A stretch of DNA of 64,000 nt from Candidatus Doudnabacteria bacterium RIFCSPHIGHO2_01_FULL_46_24 (lineage in GTDB: Bacteria; Patescibacteriota; Doudnabacteria; UBA920; O2-02-FULL-48-8): positions 42,634 through 106,633 of the forward strand of contig MFEL01000008.1 of assembly GCA_001777575.1 (NCBI GenBank), in the 5' to 3' direction. Positions 38,384-46,523 of the stretch are shown in pieces. Under the pieces are notes generated by a model that was not told where the DNA came from, did not search any database, and saw only the letters and a list, made by a program, of their open reading frames with translations. Numbering within the stretch: position 1 is the first letter of the stretch; every line of letters starts with the position of its first letter. The position numbers were made by a program, and so were the translations under genes.

Positions 38384-38563
38384 TTATTTTCTCCTTTTTG
38401 TTTTTGCATCCCGGATGACAATCGCGCCCGGGATTTTTTTGACCAGCAGCCGCTGCCGCTCGCGCCACTTAAGCTGCCGCAGCATTTCCGCGGGCAGCAA
38501 CACTCCCAAAGAACTTCTGCCAATCTTAGTTAGCTTGCGAATATTATTTATCGGCCTGGCCAT
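38384..38563 (-). CDS. AbrB/MazE/SpoVT-family swapped-hairpin protein (59 aa; antitoxin-like or transcriptional regulator). Missing from the ORF track because it is under 60 aa.
   Basis: Manual translation gives MARPINNIRKLTKIGRSSLGVLLPAEMLRQLKWRERQRLLVKKIPGAIVIRDAKTKRRK. The TKIG-S-LGV-LP…G-I-I segment is the classic SpoVT/AbrB fold signature. Confidence 0.55.
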   Translation of the reverse strand: MARPINNIRKLTKIGRSSLGVLLPAEMLRQLKWRERQRLLVKKIPGAIVIRDAKTKRRK

Positions 38564-38586
38564 ACGTATACGTAAACCACGTGGTT
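38564..38586 (-). promoter_or_regulatory. Two perfect palindromes (acgtatacgt, aaccacgtggtt) abutting the start codon of the AbrB-like gene
   Basis: A 10-bp and a 12-bp perfect palindrome within 25 nt upstream of the ATG at 38563. Confidence 0.45.
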
Positions 38587-38592
38587 TAATAC

Positions 38593-39408
38593 TTACCTGA
38601 CGAACATAAAAGTGGAAATAATTTGGTCAAAAACTCTAGCATACTCATCCTGCTGCTCTTGCGTCAAATCGCCTCGGATAGTCATAGATATTAGCATAAC
38701 TCCGGTTGTTTTCTCAATAAATAAATATTCCATAGCCTTGTTTGCGGCGAATCCAGAAACCGCCTCGATCTCTCCGCGGCATCGCAGCGCCTTCGCTCCG
38801 CTGATTGTCAAGGACTTGGGATTGCTGCAATAAGACAGCGAGTATTGCGTCATATTTGTCCCCACGTCTACAGGTCCAAACGGAATCTTTAGCCAGGCGT
38901 AATAATCTTTCAATTCTCCGGCATACTTTAGTGTATCGAATCCGGATTCTTTTGTGCTTAGAACAAGATATTTATCTTTACTGCCGTATTCATCAGTCCT
39001 GTCCACCCAATCGCTGGGGTATTCGAATCTGAACCTGAAATCATAAAACGGGCTAAGATAGGTCTGCCAGTTCGCAGCTTCGCCTGCTCCGACCGAAGCG
39101 TCGGAGTCAAGCTGATTTGTGTCTTCAAACCAAGCGGCCGGGCTCCATCCTGGAGGCAAACAGGAATTATAAAACTTTTTAGTCTCGCCATCATTATTTA
39201 CTGCCAAAATTTCTTTTCTTGAACAATCGTTCCCAAACGTCCAACCATATTGCCAATAAAAGACGCCAGCGACAATGCCGGCAAAAACCAGCCCCAAAAA
39301 CACGTAGCCTAAAACCATGTGGCGGCTAAGCCAATTCTTATTTGGCGGCAAGGTCGGCACTGGTTGGTTGCTTATATTTTTCTGTGACACTCCCTGTTGA
39401 TTTTCCAT
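38593..39408 (-). CDS. Hypothetical secreted/membrane-anchored protein (271 aa)
   Basis: Single N-terminal TM helix. Promoter-operator copy 1 lies directly upstream. Confidence 0.5.
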   Translation of the reverse strand: MENQQGVSQKNISNQPVPTLPPNKNWLSRHMVLGYVFLGLVFAGIVAGVFYWQYGWTFGNDCSRKEILAVNNDGETKKFYNSCLPPGWSPAAWFEDTNQLDSDASVGAGEAANWQTYLSPFYDFRFRFEYPSDWVDRTDEYGSKDKYLVLSTKESGFDTLKYAGELKDYYAWLKIPFGPVDVGTNMTQYSLSYCSNPKSLTISGAKALRCRGEIEAVSGFAANKAMEYLFIEKTTGVMLISMTIRGDLTQEQQDEYARVFDQIISTFMFVR

Positions 39409-39420
39409 ACTTCCGTTCTA

Positions 39421-39444
39421 CATTCATACACGACTGTATGAATG
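39421..39444 (-). promoter_or_regulatory. Operator copy 1: palindrome cattcataca-cgac-tgtatgaatg just downstream of a TATAAT -10 box
   Basis: A 32-bp segment (39420-39451) is identical to 39956-39987. The minus strand reads TATAAT-ACATTCATACAGTCGTGTATGAATG. Confidence 0.6.
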
Positions 39445-39453
39445 TATTATAAA

Positions 39454-39945
39454 TTATAGCTGTAAATCTCTGCTTGCTGAACGCTGCTTAAGTTTCTTTG
39501 TGATAAGACGACTAACTTCCGGAATGCCCTCGGTGACCAAATCCGCCAAAAACGTTTCAGCCGGCATTTTTCTCCGAACTCGCCTTTCCAGGATCGTCTG
39601 TCTCTCCTCGCGTTTTCTCTGGAATTTATTTTCCAAATCAACCAATTTCTGATGAACCTTCTTTAATCCTTCGCCCCGGGTCATCAGCGTATTATTAACG
39701 GTTGTGATTGTTCTGGCGGTAACTTTCAGGGCATCCATGATCTCTTCGTATGTCTGACCATCGATGAGGCGCCTAGCGATTTCTAACCGCTTAGCAAACA
39801 TCTTATATTCTGTGTGTGTAAATAAATCCTTAAACAGCAAACGAACATCCTCCTTGGAATCCATTAAAGTAAAGGCTGACCATAAATTGTTCACATAATG
39901 GCCGAAGTGCTGCGGGTCTAAATGTAATCTTGATAGTTTTGTCAT
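39454..39945 (-). CDS. TrpR-like (YerC/YecD family) helix-turn-helix regulator
   Basis: ARRLIDGQTYEEIMDALKVTARTITTVNN matches the Trp-repressor-like YerC/YecD HTH. Confidence 0.6.
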   Translation of the reverse strand: MTKLSRLHLDPQHFGHYVNNLWSAFTLMDSKEDVRLLFKDLFTHTEYKMFAKRLEIARRLIDGQTYEEIMDALKVTARTITTVNNTLMTRGEGLKKVHQKLVDLENKFQRKREERQTILERRVRRKMPAETFLADLVTEGIPEVSRLITKKLKQRSASRDLQL

Positions 39946-39956
39946 TTTTTATTTCA

Positions 39957-39980
39957 CATTCATACACGACTGTATGAATG
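39957..39980 (-). promoter_or_regulatory. Operator copy 2 (identical palindrome) overlapping the promoter of the TrpR-like gene
   Basis: The minus strand reads gcgcTATAAT-acattcatacagtcgtgtatgaatg-tgaaataaaaaATG. Confidence 0.6.
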
Positions 39981-39990
39981 TATTATAGCG

Positions 39991-40965
39991 CTAACTATTG
40001 GCTTTTACAATATTGGGAGGAGTATTGCCTTTCAGTGCCGCAATGATATTTTCTGCGGCCACGCGGCTCATGTTGTCGCGGGCTTCGATGGTGGCGGAGG
40101 CGGTGTGCGGCGTGATGACAATATTCTCAAGTTCGGCTAATCCCGGCGTTAATTCCGGTTCATGCTCCCAGACATCTATGCCGGCGGCAAAGATGTCCCC
40201 TTTTTTCAGGGCATCGCGGAGGGCTGCCTCATTCACCACCGGGCCACGGCTGGTGTTGACGAAAATTGCGGTTTTTTTCATCAGCTCAAACTGCGCCGCG
40301 CCAAACATATGGCGCGTAGAATCCAGCAGCGGCACGTGGACCGAAACAAAATCCGAATTTTTCAAAAGTTCTTCCAGCGTGCAAAACTTGGCGCCCAAGT
40401 CTTTTTCAATCTGGTCATTGGGTTTTTGGTCATGATATAAAATTTTCATGCCAAAGCCTTTAGCCGCCCTTTCGGCCAAAGCCGCGCCGATCCGGCCGGT
40501 GCCGACAATTCCAAGAGTTTTACCAAACACATCCTGGCCCAGCAACAAAAACGGCTGCCAGCCGGTATATTTGCCGGCGCGGGAAAACCGGTCTGATTCC
40601 ACGATCCGCCGACCCGCAGCCAGCATCAGGCCAAAGGCATGGTCTGCCACTGAACCGGTCAAGATGTCTGGGGTATTTGTGACCAAAACGTGTCGCGCTG
40701 CCGCATCCTTGATGTTGATGTTGTCGTAGCCGACCGCGTAATTGGCCACGATTTTCAGCTGCGGTCCAATAGTGTCCAAAACAACACCGTCAATTTTATC
40801 CACCAGTTGGGAAAGCAAGGCGTCACAGCCAGCTGCTTCCAGCATCAATTCCTCGCGCGACAGGGGCCGGTCAAGCGGCGAAATTTTTACTTCGTGCCCG
40901 GCTTGCTTAAGCATATCAATCCCCACTTGAGGAATTTTTCGAGTAACAAATATTTTCATAAGCAT
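39991..40965 (-). CDS. D-isomer-specific 2-hydroxyacid dehydrogenase (glycerate/hydroxypyruvate reductase-like)
   Basis: NAD-binding GxGxxG (GIVGTGRIG) and the catalytic R/E/H triad region. Confidence 0.8.
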   Translation of the reverse strand: MLMKIFVTRKIPQVGIDMLKQAGHEVKISPLDRPLSREELMLEAAGCDALLSQLVDKIDGVVLDTIGPQLKIVANYAVGYDNINIKDAAARHVLVTNTPDILTGSVADHAFGLMLAAGRRIVESDRFSRAGKYTGWQPFLLLGQDVFGKTLGIVGTGRIGAALAERAAKGFGMKILYHDQKPNDQIEKDLGAKFCTLEELLKNSDFVSVHVPLLDSTRHMFGAAQFELMKKTAIFVNTSRGPVVNEAALRDALKKGDIFAAGIDVWEHEPELTPGLAELENIVITPHTASATIEARDNMSRVAAENIIAALKGNTPPNIVKANS

Positions 40966-41062
40966 TTGGTCTATCCCCGACTTGATCGGGGATCCACTAC
41001 AGCTATTAATACCATTTGGTTTTAATTATCGAAGTGGATCCCAAATTAAATTTGGGATAGGC

Positions 41063-42037
41063 TCATATCTCCCTCGCCCTAAACTTTGAGTGCTTTCTTA
41101 AATAATTTTCAATCTGCGCCTTGGTCTGCAAACCTTTATGCGGCCCGACGTGCATGACGACATTGCCGCCGTTTACAGTGCCCCAAGCCATGGCTTCGGC
41201 TACGCTGCGGCCGTAAAACATGGCGGCAGTGAAAGCCGAGCCATACGCGTCACCAGCTCCGGTAGCCTCCACTTTTGGCCCTACAAATTCCTCTAGATAC
41301 CAAACCTTACTCGATCCATTGGAAGCGTAGGAGCCATCCCTTCCATCTGTAATCACGGCGATTTTGGCGCCCAGCTTGTGCAAGCCCTTGAGCAGGGTTT
41401 TTACGTTTTTCGTGTTTTGCTTCAATACCAGCTGCGCTTCTTCGTGGTTGAGAAATAAAATTTCCGTGTGCTTATAAATTCCATTCAGCTTATGCCCCAT
41501 TCGGATTTGAAAAGTTCCTGGGTTAAACGCCAGCTTAACGCCCTTGTGCTTTTCCAAAAAATTCTCAAATTCTTTGTGAAATTTTTCCGTCCCTGCAGCC
41601 ATGGAGGAAAAATAAACCCATGGTGCGTCCAACCTGCTCGGCAATCGGTAGTTAAACTTGTTGTGCTTAATCAGGATTGTCCGCTCGCCGCGGAAAGCCA
41701 GGACAAAATGAAAATTGGTCTGTGCCTGCTTGTCCACATGGATAAATCCGGTATCCACGCCCTCCCGTTTTAGTTCGGTAATGATCAGCTTACCCTGGTT
41801 GTCGCTGCCGACCGAGGTGATAAAAGCATTTTTCATGCCAAGCCGCGCCGAGCCCACGGCATTGTTGGTGGAATTGCCCGCCGGCAGCATAGTCAACTTC
41901 TCATATGGAATCTTATCCGCGTAAGAAAGCTCCAGCTTGCAATCCGTATGATCCACCGCGCAATGCACGCTCGCCTCGTGCAATTCAATAAAAGCGTCAA
42001 TCGTGCAATCGCCGATGGAAACTATGTCGTATTTCAT
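41063..42037 (-). CDS. PfkB-family carbohydrate kinase (ribokinase-like)
   Basis: GAGDAYGSAF anion-hole motif. N-terminal GG motif. Confidence 0.8.
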   Translation of the reverse strand: MKYDIVSIGDCTIDAFIELHEASVHCAVDHTDCKLELSYADKIPYEKLTMLPAGNSTNNAVGSARLGMKNAFITSVGSDNQGKLIITELKREGVDTGFIHVDKQAQTNFHFVLAFRGERTILIKHNKFNYRLPSRLDAPWVYFSSMAAGTEKFHKEFENFLEKHKGVKLAFNPGTFQIRMGHKLNGIYKHTEILFLNHEEAQLVLKQNTKNVKTLLKGLHKLGAKIAVITDGRDGSYASNGSSKVWYLEEFVGPKVEATGAGDAYGSAFTAAMFYGRSVAEAMAWGTVNGGNVVMHVGPHKGLQTKAQIENYLRKHSKFRAREI

Positions 42038-42092
42038 GGATTTTGTTTCAGAAATTTGCCTTAAGACATCTAAATTATAAAGATTTTAATCA

Positions 42093-42124
42093 AATTTGTA
42101 AACCCCGTTAGAAGTGGATATACT
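42093..42124. promoter_or_regulatory. 13-bp inverted repeat (ccccgttagaagt / acttccaacgggg) in the divergent promoter region
   Basis: Stem with one mismatch and a 6-nt loop. Lies between the divergently transcribed kinase and DUF457 genes. Confidence 0.4.
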
Positions 42125-42166
42125 TCCAACGGGGTAAAGAAAGCGCAAAAGATATAAGATAACATT

Positions 42167-42709
42167 ATGATGCCTTATGACCACGCAGCGGCCGGGTTTG
42201 TCTTGACTTTTATTTTGCTGAAAATTATAAACCCGGCGTTGATGCCTGATCAGATTCAGTCGTTGCTTTATTGGAGCCTGTTTTGGGCCGTGATCGTGGA
42301 TTGGGACATGATTATTTCTTACGGCCTGATGCGCTCGTTAAAAATGGGCAAAGTCAGCCATCGCAGTTTCCCAAGCCACGCGCCTTTGCCTTGGATTATA
42401 TTTATTCTGCTGGTTTACTTTTTGGCCAATTCGCTGTATGGCAAATATTTCGCCGTGGCAATAGCCGGAGGAGCCGGGAGCCATCTTTTGGTGGACACGA
42501 TCGAACATGGCATCATGTGGCTGTGGCCATTCAGCAAGAAACAATACATGCTTTATGAAGGCCCGCCCAGCGGCCAATTTTCCGAAGAAAAAAATCTCTT
42601 GATCTATTACGCCAAAATGTTTCGATATGTTTATATGCGCATGCGGTCGTTCAAGGTGGGGCTAGCGGTCGTGGCCGCCGCGCTTGTTATCTTTTTCGGA
42701 AAATTGTAA
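42167..42709 (+). CDS. Membrane-bound metal-dependent hydrolase (DUF457/YdjM-like)
   Basis: TM helices with conserved His (HLLVDTIEHG). Confidence 0.55.
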   Translation: MMPYDHAAAGFVLTFILLKIINPALMPDQIQSLLYWSLFWAVIVDWDMIISYGLMRSLKMGKVSHRSFPSHAPLPWIIFILLVYFLANSLYGKYFAVAIAGGAGSHLLVDTIEHGIMWLWPFSKKQYMLYEGPPSGQFSEEKNLLIYYAKMFRYVYMRMRSFKVGLAVVAAALVIFFGKL

Positions 42710-42759
42710 AAAATACATTGTATTGTATAGAAATTGAAAAAAAATAAAATAAGCTCATC

Positions 42760-42789
42760 AACCTAAATGTGCCATGGCACATTTAGGTT
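42760..42789. promoter_or_regulatory. Perfect 30-bp palindrome aacctaaatgtgccatggcacatttaggtt
   Basis: Centred on CCATGG. Shares the 14-bp core tgtgccatggcaca with the palindrome at 43414-43433. Confidence 0.55.
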
Positions 42790-42811
42790 AACTGACTTTA
42801 TCTGCTTGGTT

Positions 42812-43387
42812 TCAAACTTTTAATCCGAATTTTTTGAGCAAATCGTTTTGGAAATCCAGTTCCTGGACAATGGCAATCCTGACATATCGGTCAATTTCAT
42901 AAATTTCTTTCAAAAAATCTACTTCGTCTTCGCAAGGGTATGGGCATGCCCAGACGCTTTTTTGCATAGGATAAAACCCTATTTCCTTAAGCTGGCGAGT
43001 AAAATAATAGCTGTTTCGCTTGAACTGTTTGGGAATATCAAACATCACCAGGCGCCATTTTTTGTCCCAGGTTTTTTGCGGCTTAATTTGCATCTTGTCC
43101 ATTTTGAACTTCAAAAGTTTCTGCTTGCCATTCTTGGTCATTTTAATGACTGTCTTATGCCTTTCCTCGGTTATCGAAATCAGGTTCTGGTCTTCCATGC
43201 TCTTAAGTGAGCGCCGGATCTGCCACGGTTGATAACGTTTTTGTGTTTTGCCCAAAAAAGGAGCCAAGGCCATGGGCAGGCCAGGCAAGACCGCAACGGC
43301 AACCACAAACCCGGCTGCCGCGATTACGGTTAAAATCATTTTTATTATTTCCGCCTTGCTCCGTTTCTCTTTTTCCACTATTTGCAT
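42812..43387 (-). CDS. PaaX-family transcriptional regulator-like protein with an N-terminal TM helix
   Basis: WDKKWRLVMFDIP…TRQLKEIGFYPMQKSVWACP aligns with the PaaX WDGKWLLLL…KKQLIWQGFGALAPSLMASP segment. A winged-helix-like segment precedes it. Confidence 0.55.
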   Translation of the reverse strand: MQIVEKEKRSKAEIIKMILTVIAAAGFVVAVAVLPGLPMALAPFLGKTQKRYQPWQIRRSLKSMEDQNLISITEERHKTVIKMTKNGKQKLLKFKMDKMQIKPQKTWDKKWRLVMFDIPKQFKRNSYYFTRQLKEIGFYPMQKSVWACPYPCEDEVDFLKEIYEIDRYVRIAIVQELDFQNDLLKKFGLKV

Positions 43388-43413
43388 ATTTTTTAAATTT
43401 ATTGAGCCTACCT

Positions 43414-43433
43414 ATTTGTGCCATGGCACAAAT
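43414..43433. promoter_or_regulatory. Perfect 20-bp palindrome atttgtgccatggcacaaat, 27 nt upstream of the PaaX-like gene start
   Basis: Same CCATGG-centred core as the 42760 palindrome. Putative autoregulatory operator. Confidence 0.55.
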
Positions 43434-43498
43434 GGGTCAACGAGCATGCTCAAATCTACCATTAAGCCTCAATTAACCTAAAAATTATTAATTTCTTG

Positions 43499-43837
43499 TT
43501 AATTTGTAAATTCAAATGTGGCGACGATTGCTTTCAGCTGAGCAAGAGTTTGGTCATATCTCGGATAATAAATAATCTCGTAGAAGTGCTCGTTGTAGCC
43601 GGCAAGGATCACGTAGTAACTTGGACTGCCCTGAACGGTTATGGCCGAGGTAGCCGATCCTGTGGTAAAGGCAGTTTTTTTCTGGTCCTTAAAATATTGG
43701 GGGTCATTGACATACTGTTCAAAGTATTCAACCGGCCGCGGAAGATTTGCAAGACTGCCATAATATTTAATAGTTATGCTGGCCAAATCGGCCCTGGGAC
43801 CGTAGAGACTAATTGCATTAGATAGCCCTGCCATCAC
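43499..43837 (-). CDS. Hypothetical protein (112 aa, Tyr-rich)
   Basis: ORF only; no recognisable motif. Confidence 0.3.
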   Translation of the reverse strand: MMAGLSNAISLYGPRADLASITIKYYGSLANLPRPVEYFEQYVNDPQYFKDQKKTAFTTGSATSAITVQGSPSYYVILAGYNEHFYEIIYYPRYDQTLAQLKAIVATFEFTN

Positions 43838-43921
43838 TGTCCAATCAGAAGGGTATTTTTACATCATAATTTTATCATTAATGCTTAAAAGGCAACAGGT
43901 CTAATATACAATTTTACCAAA

Positions 43922-44896
43922 TCATTTCCTCTTGAGAACTTTTTTAACCGCGTTGAAAATTGCCTTGCCGTCCATGCCCCATTTGGCAATAAGTTCGTTG
44001 GGCTCGCCGCTCTCGCCGAAACTGTCCGGCATGCCTACGAATTCCTGCGGCACCGGAAAATTCCTGCTCAAAACTTCCGCAATTGCCGAGCCAACACCGC
44101 CGGTGATTTGGTGCTCTTCGGCTGAAACTATTGCGCCGGTTTTTTTGACTGATTCGATCAAGGTCCTTTCGTCCATGGGTTTGACTGAAACCATGTTCAA
44201 AACCTCGCACTCAATCCCCTCTTTGGCCAGTTCATTGGCGGCTTGAAGAGCGTAATAAACTTGCGGACCGGCAGCAGCAACGGTGCAATCCTTGCCCTCG
44301 CGGTAAACAAATGCTTTGCCGATTTCAAACGGCGTTTCATCCGTGGTAAATTGCGGAGTTTTTTCCCGCGCCAATCGGATATAGACCGGGCCTTGAATTT
44401 TTGCCGCGGCCACCGTTGCCTTGCGCGCCTCAATCGCGTCGCAAGGCACCAAAACCGTCATGCGCGGCAAAACCCGGGTAATGGCAATATCCTCAAGAGC
44501 TTGGTGAGTCGCGCCATCCGGGCCCACGGAAATGCCGGCGTGAGAGCCAATAATCTTGACATTGTTGCCGGAATAGCAAATTGCCACGCGAATCTGGTCC
44601 CAGTTCCGGCCGGGCGAAAAAACCGCATAAGAGGTGATAAAAGGAATTTTGCCTTCATGCGCCATGCCCGCGCCCAAGCCTGCCAGATTTTGTTCAGCCA
44701 CGCCAACCTCCACAAACCGATCCGGGTAGGCCTTGGCAAAATCCAAAGACCGCGTGGATTCAGTTAAATCGCAGCACAAAACCACTACATTGGGATTTTC
44801 TTTGCCCAAAATCAAAAGGCCGTCGCCGTATCCGTTGCGGATTGGAGCTTGTTTGATATCAGAGGAAAATAAATTGTCGGCTAATTTAACGCTCAT
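43922..44896 (-). CDS. Transketolase, C-terminal subunit (pyrimidine-binding and C-terminal domains)
   Basis: Full-length similarity to split transketolase subunit B. Confidence 0.85.
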   Translation of the reverse strand: MSVKLADNLFSSDIKQAPIRNGYGDGLLILGKENPNVVVLCCDLTESTRSLDFAKAYPDRFVEVGVAEQNLAGLGAGMAHEGKIPFITSYAVFSPGRNWDQIRVAICYSGNNVKIIGSHAGISVGPDGATHQALEDIAITRVLPRMTVLVPCDAIEARKATVAAAKIQGPVYIRLAREKTPQFTTDETPFEIGKAFVYREGKDCTVAAAGPQVYYALQAANELAKEGIECEVLNMVSVKPMDERTLIESVKKTGAIVSAEEHQITGGVGSAIAEVLSRNFPVPQEFVGMPDSFGESGEPNELIAKWGMDGKAIFNAVKKVLKRK

Positions 44897-44949
44897 GGAA
44901 GATTAAAGAGTAAAGATAAAAACGAAAAACATCAACTTAAAATTAAAAA

Positions 44950-45321
44950 CTATCCTTTTTTCAAGGTTAAAATACTAGCCGCTAGTATATTGGATAATTC
45001 TGTTACTTCTTTTAATAAAACTTCAAGCTTATTCTTATCAGCTAGATTAGCATCTCGCATTAGACCCAGCCAGAACTTAGTCTCGTTGGCAGACTTTAAC
45101 GCATGAGTGAAAAAATTGGCAAAATCTTTCCGTGTTCTGCCCGCTTGCGCTTCAATAATATTTGCCCCAATGCTAGTTGCGCTTCTCAAAACTTGTTTGG
45201 ACAAAACTTGACAACTTAGATCACGCTGATCGAGTATTTTTATTAACTTAATAATCTCAAGCGCAAAATTATACGCTCTGGTTTTTGTATCTATCTTAGA
45301 TTTTACTTCGCTGTTTTGCAT
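44950..45321 (-). CDS. Four-helix-bundle protein (23S rRNA intervening-sequence protein family)
   Basis: ATSIGANIIEAQ…FFTHALKSANETKFWL matches the four-helix-bundle family signature. Confidence 0.8.
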   Translation of the reverse strand: MQNSEVKSKIDTKTRAYNFALEIIKLIKILDQRDLSCQVLSKQVLRSATSIGANIIEAQAGRTRKDFANFFTHALKSANETKFWLGLMRDANLADKNKLEVLLKEVTELSNILAASILTLKKG

Positions 45322-45365
45322 TTTGCCTTGAATGTTTTAATCTCTTCTCTTTACGTTTTAATTTT

Positions 45366-46211
45366 CTACTCATGCTCGCTCCTAATCTTCCCTCCCAGGG
45401 TTCTTAATTCTTTCAAGGCTTCGTGGCCTTGCTTGCCATCTGGCGGGATGCCATGCCATTTGTAATCGTATTCCATAAAATCCACGCCCTTGCCAGGGAT
45501 AGTATGACAAATAATCAACGTCGGGTTTTCGGCAATGGCCTTGGCTTTGTTGCAGGCGTCAATAATTTCGCGGATATTATGTCCATCGACTTCAAGAACC
45601 GTCCAGCCGAACGCTTCATACTTTGCCCGCAAAGGCTCAAGCGGCATGACTTCCTCGGTATAGCCGTCAATCTGGATATTGTTGCGGTCCATCAAGGCCG
45701 TAAGGTTGCGTAAATTATTTTTGCCGGCAAACATGGCGGCTTCCCAAATCTGGCCTTCCTCCTGCTCGCCGTCAGACATGACGCAATACACCCGCCAAGG
45801 TTTGTGATCCATTTTAAGCCCCACATAAGCCATGCCCGCGGCTTGCGACAATCCTTGGCCCAAAGGGCCGGAAGAATTTTCCGCGCCCGGCAGAACCTCG
45901 TTGTGCGGATGGCCATGGAGTCGGGTACCGAGCTTTCGCAAAGTCGCTAGTTCATGATGCGGGAAAAATCCGGCATGCGCCAAAGTCGCGTACCACACCG
46001 GGCAAATATGGCCGCAAGACAACACAAACCGGTCCCGCTGGGGCCAGGCCGGATTTTGCGGATCATATTGCATGACGCCAAAATAAAGGGCCGTAAACAC
46101 GTCGGTCATACCCAAAGGTCCGGCCGAGTGCCCGGATTTGGCCGTGACCAGCATCTTGACGATGTCCTGCCGTATTTCGTTAGCTTTTTGTTCCAGTTCT
46201 CTAATATCCAT
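45366..46211 (-). CDS. Transketolase, N-terminal (TPP-binding) subunit
   Basis: TPP-binding GDG…N motif region. Confidence 0.85.
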   Translation of the reverse strand: MDIRELEQKANEIRQDIVKMLVTAKSGHSAGPLGMTDVFTALYFGVMQYDPQNPAWPQRDRFVLSCGHICPVWYATLAHAGFFPHHELATLRKLGTRLHGHPHNEVLPGAENSSGPLGQGLSQAAGMAYVGLKMDHKPWRVYCVMSDGEQEEGQIWEAAMFAGKNNLRNLTALMDRNNIQIDGYTEEVMPLEPLRAKYEAFGWTVLEVDGHNIREIIDACNKAKAIAENPTLIICHTIPGKGVDFMEYDYKWHGIPPDGKQGHEALKELRTLGGKIRSEHE

Positions 46212-46213
46212 AT

Positions 46214-46513
46214 TCAGTATTTTCTAAATTTAATAAAAGCCATACTGGTAAATAATGCCGCGAGAAGCAAAAAATCTATCGGGATCAACCTATATAATGT
46301 AAAACAATCCGGCACTACCGCAGGAACACGAACGTTTACATCAAAAAAAATCGTCCTCAGATAATCCAGCAGTCCGCTGCCAAAGATAATTTTTTCATCC
46401 CTGTTTTGTAAGCATTCCTCCGAAGAATATACCGGGTCCAATTGTATATCAATCACAATTCCGGCGGAAAGAATAAACAAGGCGATTGCCAAAAAAATAA
46501 AAATAATTTTCAT
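46214..46513 (-). CDS. Small membrane protein (about 100 aa), downstream of rpe
   Basis: ATG at 46513 is 10 nt after the rpe stop. N-terminal TM helix. The ORF-track N-terminal extension overlaps rpe and is rejected. Confidence 0.35.
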   Translation of the reverse strand: MKIIFIFLAIALFILSAGIVIDIQLDPVYSSEECLQNRDEKIIFGSGLLDYLRTIFFDVNVRVPAVVPDCFTLYRLIPIDFLLLAALFTSMAFIKFRKY

Positions 46514-46523
46514 TAAGATCCGC

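Noticed and set aside
38407-38446. Hairpin atcccgg…ccgggat followed by a run of T that looks like a plus-strand rho-independent terminator
   Set aside because: It lies entirely inside the minus-strand 59-aa AbrB-like ORF, encoding KIPGAIVIRD. No plus-strand gene ends upstream of it, so the structure is most likely coincidental with coding sequence.
40966-41062. Two palindromes (atccccgacttgatcggggat; atcccaaatttaaatttgggat) between the PfkB kinase and the dehydrogenase
   Set aside because: They are probably simple terminator hairpins for the upstream minus-strand gene. Neither has a clear U-tract. Not distinctive enough for a separate finding.
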